64,000 nucleotides of DNA from a virus (IMGVR_UViG_3300024346_000022:32748-96747), one strand, 5' to 3'; positions 42,463-53,471 are shown, counted from the stretch's first letter. The notes: generated by a model from the letters alone, not told the origin. Made by a program: numbers and translations.

Positions 42463-43341
42463 TTATTTCATATTTTTAAAGTGTTCAAAGTTAACATGCT
42501 CAACCCAATGTGGCCACATGTCAATTTCTAAAGGTTTGAAAGATTCGTAATCGAAATTGTTAATATAAAATTTAGAATCAATTTTATATTTTTCATACCA
42601 ATCTGTTGCTTGTTTATATATGATCGCTCCAAAGTCACCCAGTCCAACATTTAAATTTTTTCGAGAACAAACTTCTATACAATAATCTCGTATATGAATC
42701 ACACCATTTTCGTAGGCACTTGGAAGAAATTCATACCACCCAGACAGAAACTTTTCCATAGATTCTAGTTTCCCTAAGAAAAACCAATCGCAGGGATTAT
42801 TAGGAAACTCTCCAGCATATAAATGACCTCCACCCATCGAACTTTGGAAATATATTGTATCTGATTCTAGAGTTACTTGTGATAATATATCCTTAATTGG
42901 TTTGGTTAAAATAACATCTGGTCTAGATTTGATAACAACATCAATATCTTGATATTTTTTAGTTTGCAAAAATGCTTGATAATTGGAATAAGTTTGACTC
43001 AATATTCCATATAAAATTATTGGAGTAATGATTTTATAATGCTCTATACTTTCATCTTTCCAAACATCAAAATTAAATTTTTTAAAAAAAGTAATATCAA
43101 AATCTTTGTGCTTTTCAACGATAGAATCAGTTACCATATACCTTTCTATAAACTCCTCATCTAAATTTTCACTATTAAAGGTGTCTGTAAACCACAACTT
43201 ATAAACTTTTTCATGATAAGATTTGTCCCACCAAAGATGAGAGCAAACCTTATCATTTTCATCTATCTGATAGTTGGAAAAATAATCAAGGGTTGTTTGA
43301 TAAAAAATTGGTTGTCCGGAAAATAAGTATGCAAAATTCAT
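42463..43341 (-). CDS. Glyco-island hypothetical protein (GT-like)
   Basis: SGQP...HLW...SRPD...DWF; paralogous to 47906-48649. Confidence 0.6.
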   Translation of the reverse strand: MNFAYLFSGQPIFYQTTLDYFSNYQIDENDKVCSHLWWDKSYHEKVYKLWFTDTFNSENLDEEFIERYMVTDSIVEKHKDFDITFFKKFNFDVWKDESIEHYKIITPIILYGILSQTYSNYQAFLQTKKYQDIDVVIKSRPDVILTKPIKDILSQVTLESDTIYFQSSMGGGHLYAGEFPNNPCDWFFLGKLESMEKFLSGWYEFLPSAYENGVIHIRDYCIEVCSRKNLNVGLGDFGAIIYKQATDWYEKYKIDSKFYINNFDYESFKPLEIDMWPHWVEHVNFEHFKNMK

Positions 43342-44003
43342 TTTTCGAAAATAAAATTTGAAACTTGGAGAGTATATTCCCCACAATGAATTGTAAAAGG
43401 ATCTGGTTCAGAATAATCACAAGTTCCAATCAGATTTAATCCAGATGATTCAATCAGTTTAATAACCAATTCTGGTTTAATAAACTCACCAAATTCATTA
43501 TTAATGTCAACATCAGAAACAATAATAAATTTGCCGGCGGGTTTCAGAACTCTATAAACTTGTTCTGCAATATCTTTCCATCCCTGATTATTAATTTTAT
43601 TAGTGTGAGATCCATTAAAATGTGTTACGGCACAAGAATCTAAAAAATAATCTACTGAATTATCTCCCATATCCTTAACTTCGGCAAGAGCATCATTCAA
43701 AACCATGCGAACTAAACTTCCAGAAAATGAATGACTAACATCACTAATATCAATGGCTGTAACATCATGCCCAAATGAAGAGATAATATGGGGTAGGGGA
43801 GAATTAGAACATCCGAGATCTACAACATTCTTTTCAGTTTCACTAAGTTCTTTAAAATAATTAGCAATCAATCCCCACTTCATAATTGCATCATCACTAG
43901 ACCAATTTATGTGGGGAAATTTATCAAGATACCCATATTCTTTAACTTTATTACTACAAAACTCCAAATCAGTTCTATTCAGTAATTTACTATCAAAACT
44001 CAT
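43338..44003 (-). CDS. Class I SAM methyltransferase
   Basis: VVDLGC, AIDI, RVLKPAGKF. Confidence 0.8.
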   Translation of the reverse strand: MSFDSKLLNRTDLEFCSNKVKEYGYLDKFPHINWSSDDAIMKWGLIANYFKELSETEKNVVDLGCSNSPLPHIISSFGHDVTAIDISDVSHSFSGSLVRMVLNDALAEVKDMGDNSVDYFLDSCAVTHFNGSHTNKINNQGWKDIAEQVYRVLKPAGKFIIVSDVDINNEFGEFIKPELVIKLIESSGLNLIGTCDYSEPDPFTIHCGEYTLQVSNFIFEK

Positions 44004-44004
44004 A

Positions 44005-44694
44005 TCAAACAACCTCTTTCCACTGAGCCGAGTTTTCAATCACTTTCATATCAGTAATCAATCCAACCCCAACAATGTCTTCATGATACTCTGAAGTAAC
44101 GTCAGTATATGTTGGAACATAAAGTTTTGCCCCATTCAATGCCCCCATAACTTCGGAGGGTCCACAAATTTTTGTCCAATTATTGCAAATATCAAATTTA
44201 GCCTGAGGAACGTATGGATTTTGGAAGTCATCAATAAAAATTGAATAGTTTTTAAGTTTGCTGGTTACAAAATTGACTTCATCAAACAAGGGCCAGGAAT
44301 ACATATACTGTCCGTTTTCCATCCACTCCCCATGTGCATCGAACCAGAAAACAGTTCTCTTATCTTTCAAATCTAGTTCTTTAGCAAAGACATAATGAAG
44401 AATTTCTGGTGATGGCATTTTTTGCATATCAACGTTCTTAAAATCCTTTAAGATATCATAAGACACCGAATATCTGGAGTCATCAATCTCGCAAGTATAT
44501 ACTTTTTTATCTGAAAAATTATCAGCAATAAAATAGGAACTTTCAGCATAAGCAGTTCCAGTTTCAATAAAAATATCCGAATCTTTCATACACTCATACA
44601 CAGTATCAATAATATAAGTGTCTCCGTGAAAGGGATTACCATGCTCCCAACCTGCGGGATCTTTACTAAAGTTGGCTATTTTGTATTTTGCCAT
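44005..44694 (-). CDS. Methyltransferase-like protein
   Basis: FIETGT, TCEID, FWFDAH, IFIDD. Confidence 0.7.
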   Translation of the reverse strand: MAKYKIANFSKDPAGWEHGNPFHGDTYIIDTVYECMKDSDIFIETGTAYAESSYFIADNFSDKKVYTCEIDDSRYSVSYDILKDFKNVDMQKMPSPEILHYVFAKELDLKDKRTVFWFDAHGEWMENGQYMYSWPLFDEVNFVTSKLKNYSIFIDDFQNPYVPQAKFDICNNWTKICGPSEVMGALNGAKLYVPTYTDVTSEYHEDIVGVGLITDMKVIENSAQWKEVV

Positions 44695-45422
44695 TTTCCT
44701 CCGTAATTAGTTGAATAAAGTTCTCTATGTTGATGTAATAATGGATGCCCAGAGTTTTTCCAATTTGGATTTCTGATACACTCGGTTTGGTCTGGATTAT
44801 CCGTATAAGTGTACCCAAACACAGAAAAAAGAAAAGCAAGTAGATAATCATAACAAATCATTCTTGGATCTAATTCCAAACCACCAGAAAGTTTATCAAG
44901 ATCATTCATCAACTTATCATACATCCCATAAAATGAAGATGTTTTCATGACACCGCCAGCGGGTCCCCAAGTTCCATTATTTTTACCCATATTCATTATA
45001 ACATATTTTTGAATGATTTCGGGCATTACATTCGCCGTTGGTCCCACAAGATCAGCATCAAATGAATGCAACTCTCCTCTTACCAAAACATCAGGTTCCA
45101 TCAAAACCATATATTCAGTTTTACAAAAGTCACATCCATTTTTTAGTCTTCTCAAAAACTCAAGTGAAATTCCCATAAAAAGGTCAATATCTCCAGAGTT
45201 TTCTCTAATATATTGATCCACATCTCTAGCAATACCAACTACCTCCGTAGTTTCTTTTATAGTCTCAATATTTCCAAAATTTTCTTTTAGATAAGAAAAA
45301 TCTAAACCATTATCAGAAACAAGATAAATTGGATTTTCTGGGTAAAATTGTCTAAACTTTTCCAAAGAATACTCAATCGCCGCCTGCTCTTTGTAGCAGA
45401 TATAAAATACACCTAAGTCCAT
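44676..45422 (-). CDS. GT-A-like glycosyltransferase
   Basis: YLVSDNG and MEPDV motifs; island context. Confidence 0.55.
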   Translation of the reverse strand: MDLGVFYICYKEQAAIEYSLEKFRQFYPENPIYLVSDNGLDFSYLKENFGNIETIKETTEVVGIARDVDQYIRENSGDIDLFMGISLEFLRRLKNGCDFCKTEYMVLMEPDVLVRGELHSFDADLVGPTANVMPEIIQKYVIMNMGKNNGTWGPAGGVMKTSSFYGMYDKLMNDLDKLSGGLELDPRMICYDYLLAFLFSVFGYTYTDNPDQTECIRNPNWKNSGHPLLHQHRELYSTNYGGKWQNTK

Positions 45423-45423
45423 A

Positions 45424-46914
45424 TTATTTGATCACCAAAAGAATATTATTATCAATGTTATTATTTGGATTCGGAAGTTTCATTAGTTTGATATAATCTA
45501 AAGAATACTCATTTTGCAAATTTGGAAGTATTCTTTCAAATGAATTATAAGTTGAAACAGTTAAATCCTCAACAATAAAAATGCCACCTGATTTAAGTTT
45601 ATAAATTGACTCTTTAAAAAAGTTTAGATTGGAAATAAATTCATGTTTTCCATCATCGATAATGACATCAAACTCAGTATCATTCAAAGAATTACTTTTC
45701 CACATACTTTGAATTGACTGTGGATTGTCTTGATCACAATAAAAATATTCAACATCAAGATTTGAAATAGATAAAAAAGTTTCTTTATCGACATCTGCAG
45801 TATAAATTTTTGCCTTCGAAAAATATTCTCTCCAACTCTTTACCGAAGACCCATGATAAATTCCCACTTCAAAAAAGTTGATTTCTTCATCTCTAAAATG
45901 CTTAAAGAAATAATCATAAAGAGCAGAATAATTATGCCAATTTGAACATTTGTCCGATCCATACTTTTCAAGAATATTACAAAGATCCGTTCTTTGTGTC
46001 AGTCGATTTAAATCTAAAAATGAAATTATTTCATTTTCAGTAATTTCAAGTGAGGTATTTTCCATATAATTTAATAATTCAGTATTTTTTAATTCACTAA
46101 TACCCGTAAAATGATAATTATCATTATTTACACCACTCCAAAGAAATGGTCTGTTTTCGTATCTTAACACCCGATATAAGAAAGAAAATCTTGGAAAAGT
46201 TCTAGGTAATTTTCCATCTAGTATATATCGGTATACCAAACAATTCAAAACATCTTGATCACCACAAGACCATTGAAACTCTGGGTCTGGACTATGATTG
46301 GGACTCTTTGCGATTAAATCTTTATTCTTACACAATTCAAGATATTCGGAAATAAATTTTCTTCCAAAATCATTATTTCTAATTAAAATTTTAGCAGCAT
46401 TAATTAAGTGACAATTTTTTATTACTTCTTTTTCTTTTTCATTAAAGAAATAATCTAATGTATATTCTTTAACAAATGACTTTACATAACAATTATCCCT
46501 TTCCATTTGAAACCAAATATCACTTGAGTTTTCACTCAACATATTCTCACAAATCGAATTTAAATTTTCCCAATCAGATTGCCAATATTGTTCTTGACGA
46601 ATGAAATTACCATCATGATATAAAAGTAAGGAACCTTCTGGAATTTTCTTTAATGTATAACCAATAATAAAAGGTTTAAAATCAAAGTATCCAAAATTAT
46701 GAACATTCGGATTTTGATCTAGTGGTTCATCATAACAATTACAAATATCTTCACTAGCAGGAAGAAGTTTTAATGTTCTTTTTGTATAAAAAATAATTTC
46801 TTCAAAAAATGGTGACAATCTTTCTTTAATTTGATTCGATGTTTCTAGTAAAGAAAATCCTTCATCGTGTGGCGGACCTTCTGAGCAAAAAGATAAAAAA
46901 TACATAAAATTCAA
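45424..46914 (-). CDS. Glycosyltransferase-like / methyltransferase fusion
   Basis: N-terminal FKPFII...YHDG...DQDVL; C-terminal GSDK..HNY, FEVGI, IIDDGKH, GGIFIVED. Confidence 0.7.
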   Translation of the reverse strand: MNFMYFLSFCSEGPPHDEGFSLLETSNQIKERLSPFFEEIIFYTKRTLKLLPASEDICNCYDEPLDQNPNVHNFGYFDFKPFIIGYTLKKIPEGSLLLYHDGNFIRQEQYWQSDWENLNSICENMLSENSSDIWFQMERDNCYVKSFVKEYTLDYFFNEKEKEVIKNCHLINAAKILIRNNDFGRKFISEYLELCKNKDLIAKSPNHSPDPEFQWSCGDQDVLNCLVYRYILDGKLPRTFPRFSFLYRVLRYENRPFLWSGVNNDNYHFTGISELKNTELLNYMENTSLEITENEIISFLDLNRLTQRTDLCNILEKYGSDKCSNWHNYSALYDYFFKHFRDEEINFFEVGIYHGSSVKSWREYFSKAKIYTADVDKETFLSISNLDVEYFYCDQDNPQSIQSMWKSNSLNDTEFDVIIDDGKHEFISNLNFFKESIYKLKSGGIFIVEDLTVSTYNSFERILPNLQNEYSLDYIKLMKLPNPNNNIDNNILLVIK

Positions 46915-47909
46915 TAATTAACTACTTCAATAAGTTCTTTAGCACGATTTATATATGTGTGGTTTTCTTTGACAAAAAGCATTTGAGATTTAATCAGGTC
47001 ATAATTTTCTCTTTCTTTTTGAGCATCGAAGAATAATTGATAGGTATCTTCATTGTAGATGATATTACCATCAAAAAATTCATATACTGGTTTTGAATTA
47101 GTCATACCCAGTTGACCATAACTAATATTTTTAAAGTTTCTACATGGAATATATCCCCACTCTTTAAATGCTTTGTGTCTCACATCTGGCGCAAGATAAG
47201 ATTTTTGAATAATTTTTCTCTGTTCTTCAAAAGATTGGGGACTAATCCAAGGACAATTATACTTAAATTCAATACCGTTCTCTTCACAAGCTTGGATAAA
47301 AAGATTTAAATAAACTAAATTATCATACTCAGGTGGTGCAGTTTTACAATTTTTTGGACCACCTTGTCCACCACCAATTGTTCCGGCAAAGAAAACATAA
47401 TTTTCTTTGGAAATATACATATCTTCCAAATTTATTTCATCAGGCAATAAGTCAGTTGCCCAAGTTGTATAGAAATAATCATAATCCGAACCTTTCTCAA
47501 AATAACAACCAGCGCCAATCTTCGTTGCTTTACTACGATCTAAAGAATAGTTGTAATTTTTATCAACCCATTTATCAGCATTATATCTAACATCAATCAA
47601 TCGTCCAACCTTACCAAGATAGGCACCTGCTCCAGGATTTCCCTCAACACGAGTATCTTTATTCCCAATGTAATGAACTGCATAAGTTGAATTGCTGAAT
47701 AAAGGAATATTTGGGTTTCCAATAACTGCCCACTGTTCTGTGAAAATTAAAGCGTCATTAAACAATTGCGGGTCAAAGTTATCTCTACCATCAATCCAAT
47801 AAGTTTCATATCCAAGATTCTTAAAGGCATTATAATACCCAGCATGAATATATGAATGTGTATGAGAATGAAGTTTATAACCCCATATAATAATTCTTTT
47901 ATGTTTCAA
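46911..47909 (-). CDS. Glycosyltransferase-like protein
   Basis: HSHTHSYIH, GYIPCRNFKNISYG, ENHTYINR (CgeB-like C-terminus). Confidence 0.6.
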   Translation of the reverse strand: MKHKRIIIWGYKLHSHTHSYIHAGYYNAFKNLGYETYWIDGRDNFDPQLFNDALIFTEQWAVIGNPNIPLFSNSTYAVHYIGNKDTRVEGNPGAGAYLGKVGRLIDVRYNADKWVDKNYNYSLDRSKATKIGAGCYFEKGSDYDYFYTTWATDLLPDEINLEDMYISKENYVFFAGTIGGGQGGPKNCKTAPPEYDNLVYLNLFIQACEENGIEFKYNCPWISPQSFEEQRKIIQKSYLAPDVRHKAFKEWGYIPCRNFKNISYGQLGMTNSKPVYEFFDGNIIYNEDTYQLFFDAQKERENYDLIKSQMLFVKENHTYINRAKELIEVVNY

Positions 47910-48649
47910 AACGATACTCCCAAATCAATTGCTTGCGTTTTTATTTGATTATTTTTCAAGTGATTTTTAAGTAAAAGTTCATTACAAAAAATGTTTTCCT
48001 CAGAAATAACTTGATGATATACTGGTTCAATATGATTATAAACTCCTCCCCAAACATTCATTACTTTAGGTGACCCCATTCCAAACCAATCACTAACCAT
48101 ATTTAATGGGTGATTTAGATCTTGATAATAAAAAGTATCTAGATCAATTTTACTATTTAAAAAATCTGTTTTAACAGATGGACTTACATCATATCTTAAT
48201 GCAATAATAATATCATAAGTTATATTATTTTCAATGGAATACTTATCCCTCAAATAATTCACCATCATTTTACTATACCACTGACTGTAGCAAATGTCAA
48301 CTATATATTTTCCAAATGATTCAATACCATTTGGATCATTTAATCCATAATCAAAACATCTTTTTATATTTTCTTCACTAATTTTCATATTTGAATTTTT
48401 CCAATGTTTTGGTTTTTCAAAAAGATATGACTTAGGTTTATAAACTTCTAACAGTTTTTTATCAATATCACAGTCAGAAGATATTCCCCAATGACCGGGC
48501 GCCCTTTTTCCAAAGTTTAAGTTTTCTGGGTCATGCCAACAGTGTAGAAAAACATCAACATCATTACCACTAATGATTGATTCATTTATTCTTTGTGCTG
48601 TTTTAATGGCATTTCGTGGTTGACCAGACAAACATAACGCCATTTTCAT
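47906..48649 (-). CDS. Glyco-island hypothetical protein (GT-like)
   Basis: ALCLSGQPR...DVFLHCW...SQWYS...RYD...SDWF. Confidence 0.6.
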   Translation of the reverse strand: MKMALCLSGQPRNAIKTAQRINESIISGNDVDVFLHCWHDPENLNFGKRAPGHWGISSDCDIDKKLLEVYKPKSYLFEKPKHWKNSNMKISEENIKRCFDYGLNDPNGIESFGKYIVDICYSQWYSKMMVNYLRDKYSIENNITYDIIIALRYDVSPSVKTDFLNSKIDLDTFYYQDLNHPLNMVSDWFGMGSPKVMNVWGGVYNHIEPVYHQVISEENIFCNELLLKNHLKNNQIKTQAIDLGVSF

Positions 48650-49635
48650 AACGAAATTTCCTCAACAACTTTTTTAATAAGAGATTTAATATCTGTATCT
48701 GGTTCCCAGTTAAGGATCTGTTTTGCCTTTTCATAGGAACCTCTAGAATATTTATTGGTCTCTTTGGCAACGATTTCTTTGCTCAGGGAATAAGGTCCAT
48801 CGAACAGTTTTGGGTAATTGTCCCAAAGTTTTGAAGCATCCCTATAAACTGGATCAATGTCACTTTCAAAAATTTCACGAATACAATTTACAATTTCATT
48901 AACAGAAATAAGAGTTCCGGAACATACATTAAATGTATCATTTGATTTTTGTTCTAAGCAAATATTAATCAATCTCACCACATCATCAACATGAACATAA
49001 TCTCTTCTTTGCTGTCCATCAGAATGCAATATCGGAGAACTATTGTTTCGAAGTTCTTTAACAATATAATTAATCAGGGGCGGGTGCTTTCTATGAATAT
49101 CTTGCCTGGGACCAAATACATTGAAAAATCTGAGAGTAGTAATTTCCATATCATAGTTGATACGATACGACTCACATATTTCTTCTGCCATCTTTTTAGA
49201 TAGAGAATACCAAAGACGTGGATTAATATCTAGATTTTCAGTGAATAATTTTTCTTTATTATTTTCATACACTGCACTGGTGCTTGAGAAAATAACATGA
49301 GGAACATTCCACATTCTAGCGCACTCTAGAATATTCATTGTTCCGGAAACATTTACATTTATAGTTTCAACTGCATTCGTTTCACAATCAGGAAGAGCAG
49401 TGATTGCTGCAAGATGAACAATACAATCGTAATCATCTTTAAGTAATTCAACAATATCTGGATTGCAAATACTTAGATTATAAAACTTACCAAATGATTT
49501 ACCATTGATTATTAAATTTTCTTCATACCCATTTCTTAGATTATCAACAAGTGTAAGTGTATGACCCTTCTTATAAAGATAATATCCTAGAGTAGATCCT
49601 ATTCCACCAGCGGCACCAGTTAAAAGTATTTTCAT
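48646..49635 (-). CDS. NAD-dependent sugar epimerase/dehydratase
   Basis: TGAAGGIG, HLAA, YSLSK, RFFNVFGP, RDYVHVDD. Confidence 0.92.
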   Translation of the reverse strand: MKILLTGAAGGIGSTLGYYLYKKGHTLTLVDNLRNGYEENLIINGKSFGKFYNLSICNPDIVELLKDDYDCIVHLAAITALPDCETNAVETINVNVSGTMNILECARMWNVPHVIFSSTSAVYENNKEKLFTENLDINPRLWYSLSKKMAEEICESYRINYDMEITTLRFFNVFGPRQDIHRKHPPLINYIVKELRNNSSPILHSDGQQRRDYVHVDDVVRLINICLEQKSNDTFNVCSGTLISVNEIVNCIREIFESDIDPVYRDASKLWDNYPKLFDGPYSLSKEIVAKETNKYSRGSYEKAKQILNWEPDTDIKSLIKKVVEEISL

Positions 49636-50690
49636 CTTAAGAACTCATTCAAATTATCACTATTTCTCGGTAGGTTAATTGCTTCACAAGAAGGGTATGG
49701 ATTACTTTTTGCAAAATCATTAATAATAACTCGTTTACAGTGTGGCAAACCCATAATCAACTCATCATATAAAATATTTTTTTTCTCCAATTCAGAAATT
49801 GTTATATCTTTCATATGTTTGGGTCTACTTGTCGTCAAAATTATTTTTACTTTACCAGATTCATGTAAACAATTTAAATGATCAATATTATTTTGTAATG
49901 ATGATGCATTTCCAACATATGGTGGAAAATGAATTGAAGAATTTATAACTAAGGTCCCATCAATATCAACAAACAAACATTTATATTGTGACTTATATTT
50001 GTTCCAAGCATCGATGGTTCCCCAATCTTTAAAATTTGATGTTTTGATTCCATAAAATATTGAACCAGATAACATCATCTCAAAAATAATATGACTAATA
50101 TAACACTCTCCCTCCATGTCCTGGAGTTTCTCATAGGTAATACAAAACTCCTTCGAATCGGCAAATCCATAACCACCACTCGAAAAGGTGGAACTAATCA
50201 CATGTTTTTCTACAATATTAGTTACCATTCGGTTGATATCAAGTTCAACATAACTTTTAGTTCGAGCATTAATATCATCCATATCATTTAAGTCAAAATA
50301 TGCAATCTGGTTTTTTTCTTCTACCAGTTTACATTCATAATATCCATCAGAGTCTTTAATAAGAATAAATCCATCTACTGGATTATTACTCAAAAAATTA
50401 TAAACAGTTTCTGATTGAGATTTGGTTTGATCCGAAAGCAAAACAATATTTGTCTTTTCTTTTAAGTCGAGTTGCTCAAGTTCTTCAGTAAAACCTTTTA
50501 CAAATTTATACTGGTCCTCATGTTCTTGTAGACAAATAAAATATATGTTATCAAAAAAGTCTAAATTCAATCCCAAAATAGATTCTGTCACCATAAACCG
50601 ATTAGTCATAGGATGTGTTAACATCCATTTAGGTCGCATATTTGGGAAACGACTAGACCGTCCCGCCATAGGAATTATTAAAGTTCGCAT
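49632..50690 (-). CDS. Sugar nucleotidyltransferase fused to a HAD phosphatase
   Basis: IPMAGRSSRF..PKW, DWGT; C-terminal VDIDGTL, TSR, IND. Confidence 0.82.
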   Translation of the reverse strand: MRTLIIPMAGRSSRFPNMRPKWMLTHPMTNRFMVTESILGLNLDFFDNIYFICLQEHEDQYKFVKGFTEELEQLDLKEKTNIVLLSDQTKSQSETVYNFLSNNPVDGFILIKDSDGYYECKLVEEKNQIAYFDLNDMDDINARTKSYVELDINRMVTNIVEKHVISSTFSSGGYGFADSKEFCITYEKLQDMEGECYISHIIFEMMLSGSIFYGIKTSNFKDWGTIDAWNKYKSQYKCLFVDIDGTLVINSSIHFPPYVGNASSLQNNIDHLNCLHESGKVKIILTTSRPKHMKDITISELEKKNILYDELIMGLPHCKRVIINDFAKSNPYPSCEAINLPRNSDNLNEFLR

Positions 50691-51480
50691 ATAACTTTGA
50701 TGATTTTACTATTATATCAAGTATACTTCTTTGGTGAGAAAAAGTCAAGTAGGGTTCAATTCTAACACTATTCATTGCTTCCAAAATATCAAACTCATCA
50801 GTATCAATAAACTTAGAGTATCTACAATAAAGTTGATTCCAGATATGTTTATAAATTTGCTCTAGTCTATTTGACTGTATGTTTTGAGTTTTGATGCTCC
50901 AGAGATGGTAAAGATCTTGTTTTAATTTGACAAGATCAGAAATAAAGCTATCAATATAACAATCAAGAAAATCAATAAAAAATAATCTATTTTTATGAAA
51001 AATGATATTATTAAAGGTTAAATCTCCATGACAAAAAGTTTTAGGAACATAGACATTTTGTTTTTTAATTAAAAGTTCAATGTATTCCAAATAATTTTTA
51101 TAACAAGTTTTATTTTTTAAAACTTTAATTTTTTCATCAATATTTGATTGAACATTAATTAATCGATAATTTAAAATAAGAGAATCAAAATATTCAAATA
51201 AAGTATCAATGACAAATTCTATGTCCTTAATAGAAGATGTAGAAAAAAATTCCACAAAAGATTTTCCAGGAATGTATTCCATATCAAAATACTCACCCTG
51301 AATATTATGAACTTTAGGGGTATCTACATTCTTTAAAATTCTACGAGAAAATAAAACTTGTTTATTAACCTGCAAAGAAAGTCTTGAGTTATAACTAATT
51401 GATGAAGAATACTTTCTAAGTACTCTACTATCAATTAATTCAAGTTTACATCCAGATAACCCTACAGAAAAATCTAACAT
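50653..51480 (-). CDS. APH/choline-kinase-like phosphotransferase
   Basis: GLSG, MEYI, HGDLTFNNI, IDF. Confidence 0.8.
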   Translation of the reverse strand: MLDFSVGLSGCKLELIDSRVLRKYSSSISYNSRLSLQVNKQVLFSRRILKNVDTPKVHNIQGEYFDMEYIPGKSFVEFFSTSSIKDIEFVIDTLFEYFDSLILNYRLINVQSNIDEKIKVLKNKTCYKNYLEYIELLIKKQNVYVPKTFCHGDLTFNNIIFHKNRLFFIDFLDCYIDSFISDLVKLKQDLYHLWSIKTQNIQSNRLEQIYKHIWNQLYCRYSKFIDTDEFDILEAMNSVRIEPYLTFSHQRSILDIIVKSSKLYANFNNSYGGTV

Positions 51481-52262
51481 TAAAAATATTGCTGTATTTT
51501 AAAAAGATTATGATCTATTCCATGAGTAAATAACAATCTATAAAATCTCCCAAAATTATCAGCAAAATGATTACCAACATCTTGGATGGTTTTCTTTTCA
51601 TCATTATCTAAAAGGTAATCCCAAGATTTTGAACTTGGATGAAATCTTTCTAACAAATACTTATAAACATCTATTGGATGCCTTTGTATTAAATTTTTAC
51701 TTACAGAAAAGCAATGTGCATGGTCAAAGGCATAAATTTTTCCAGGAAGATTGCTTCTATCCGGAAAAATATGGTTGTACCAATCTTCAAATACTTCCCA
51801 TCTCTTTGCTCTGCCATCAAAATTAAACGGATTACCAGTTACATATGGACTATCTACATTAATATAAGTATCTCCCAATATTTCCTTTAGATGTAAATTG
51901 TCATTATTATACCAAATATATGATCGCAATCCAGATCCCACTTCACAATAATCATAATTTATACAATTATCAAGTAAATAATAAAAATTTATACCTTGCT
52001 CTTTCCAATTAATTTTTGTAAATACTGTATGCTCAGGAAGAATGGTATAATTATCTACAATATAACTTAAAAAAGCATAGTCAGATTTTCCATAATTTGG
52101 TATTAAAATTTGATTTTCAACTATTTTATTCTCACCTATTTTTAAATCATCAGATTTTTTATAAATGATTAAATTATAATTTTTTTGGTGGACTAGATTA
52201 TCCCAATCCAACTTATACAAATCAATATAATAAGAAGTTATTACATTTATATTATTTTTCAT
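51480..52262 (-). CDS. DUF3431-like protein
   Basis: IPNYG...LSYIVDNY..LP...VF; FSVSK..I..HP..Y. Confidence 0.55.
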   Translation of the reverse strand: MKNNINVITSYYIDLYKLDWDNLVHQKNYNLIIYKKSDDLKIGENKIVENQILIPNYGKSDYAFLSYIVDNYTILPEHTVFTKINWKEQGINFYYLLDNCINYDYCEVGSGLRSYIWYNNDNLHLKEILGDTYINVDSPYVTGNPFNFDGRAKRWEVFEDWYNHIFPDRSNLPGKIYAFDHAHCFSVSKNLIQRHPIDVYKYLLERFHPSSKSWDYLLDNDEKKTIQDVGNHFADNFGRFYRLLFTHGIDHNLFKIQQYF

Positions 52263-52285
52263 AAAGGGGGTACTGAGCAGTACTT

Positions 52286-52543
52286 TTAGAAATTTTCAAT
52301 GTCTTCATCATTGTCTATCACATAACAAGGTACTCTATCTGGGTCCAACCATTTAGCATAATTAAAGTCTTCCATAGCAGTCAAGCACTGCATCTGATTA
52401 TCAAACAGATAGATATCATTCCATCGTTTGGTATAATAATCTTTTTTCTGAAGACGATAATCGGGTTTGTTGTTAAGTTCAATAACACCCTTTTCTACAA
52501 ACCGATATTCTTCTCGTTCTAATAAAACTTTAGGTTGAATCAT
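52286..52543 (-). CDS. Conserved cyanophage hypothetical protein
   Basis: YRFVEKG.IELN.KPDYRLQK...YLFDN..QC. Confidence 0.7.
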   Translation of the reverse strand: MIQPKVLLEREEYRFVEKGVIELNNKPDYRLQKKDYYTKRWNDIYLFDNQMQCLTAMEDFNYAKWLDPDRVPCYVIDNDEDIENF

Positions 52544-52755
52544 TTTACTTCAACAGTTTCAAGGTCTTGATCGAGATAGTCCATTAGAATATCATAATTA
52601 TCGAGAGGATCATCAGAAAAAATTACTCCTTGATTCTCATAAAATCGGCGGACTTTTTTATAAAGTTTTGGATTTTTTACATCAAGATAAAAATCACCAT
52701 TAGTAGCACCACGAAGGGTACTAACGTCTTTCTTAAATTTTTGAATCAGAGACAT
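52540..52755 (-). CDS. Conserved cyanophage hypothetical protein
   Basis: LDVKNPKLYKKVRRFYE; GAGGT RBS and TTGACA-17-TATAAT upstream. Confidence 0.7.
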   Translation of the reverse strand: MSLIQKFKKDVSTLRGATNGDFYLDVKNPKLYKKVRRFYENQGVIFSDDPLDNYDILMDYLDQDLETVEVK

Positions 52756-52831
52756 TGTTCTGTTTTGTTTACCTCACTATTATAGTGTATTTGAATTTTT
52801 TTGTCAAGTGTGCCAGTCATAAAACTGGCAA

Positions 52832-52903
52832 TCGGGGTGGGAGGTAACGCTCCCCCTTCGCTGCGTCCCAAACGCAGAGTTATAACTTTTCTACTACACC
52901 CCG
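52832..52903 (-). tRNA. tRNA-Pro(UGG) with an atypical T-loop
   Basis: CGGGGTG acceptor stem; CTGCG-TT TGG GA-CGCAG anticodon arm; T-loop AGCGTTA. Confidence 0.8.
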
Positions 52904-53049
52904 TTTCTTTTCATAGGACCCAATGTCTTATCAACCATATAGAATGTATAATACCAAAAACAAACAAGGAACCAATAATTCCACTAATAATTCCAACACG
53001 AATTTCGTGATTTTTTATGGATTCATTTATCATTTTTTCTATTTCATCT

Positions 53050-53250
53050 CTATCCATTCATAAAGTCCTCATATGTCTTTAAGATTTCTCTATCAATATC
53101 ATCTAAACTTTTATAAGAAGATTTCCAATTAGACTTAATTAATCTATCAATAAATTGATATACTTTAGTTGTTAGAGAAATTTTCATACGAACAAAAGAA
53201 CTTAAAAAAAATTGTCTTTTTTGCCAATTTTTATCCTTGATGTTCTCCAT
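53050..53250 (-). CDS. Hypothetical protein
   Basis: 66-aa ORF within the minus-strand operon. Confidence 0.5.
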   Translation of the reverse strand: MENIKDKNWQKRQFFLSSFVRMKISLTTKVYQFIDRLIKSNWKSSYKSLDDIDREILKTYEDFMNG

Positions 53251-53471
53251 TTAGATATTTTGATAATGGATCTTTTTTAGTTTTTATAATTTCACAAGCT
53301 CTATTATAGAACATATTATCAGTATTACCAGATTCTTCAAATGTTTGTTTAATTTTTACCCAATTGTTATAGGCATGATCGTCCATTTAAATTTATAGTT
53401 AATAATAATAATTTATCTTAAAGATAATATTGACTTTAATTTTTATGTGTGGATTTTATGACACAAAATAT

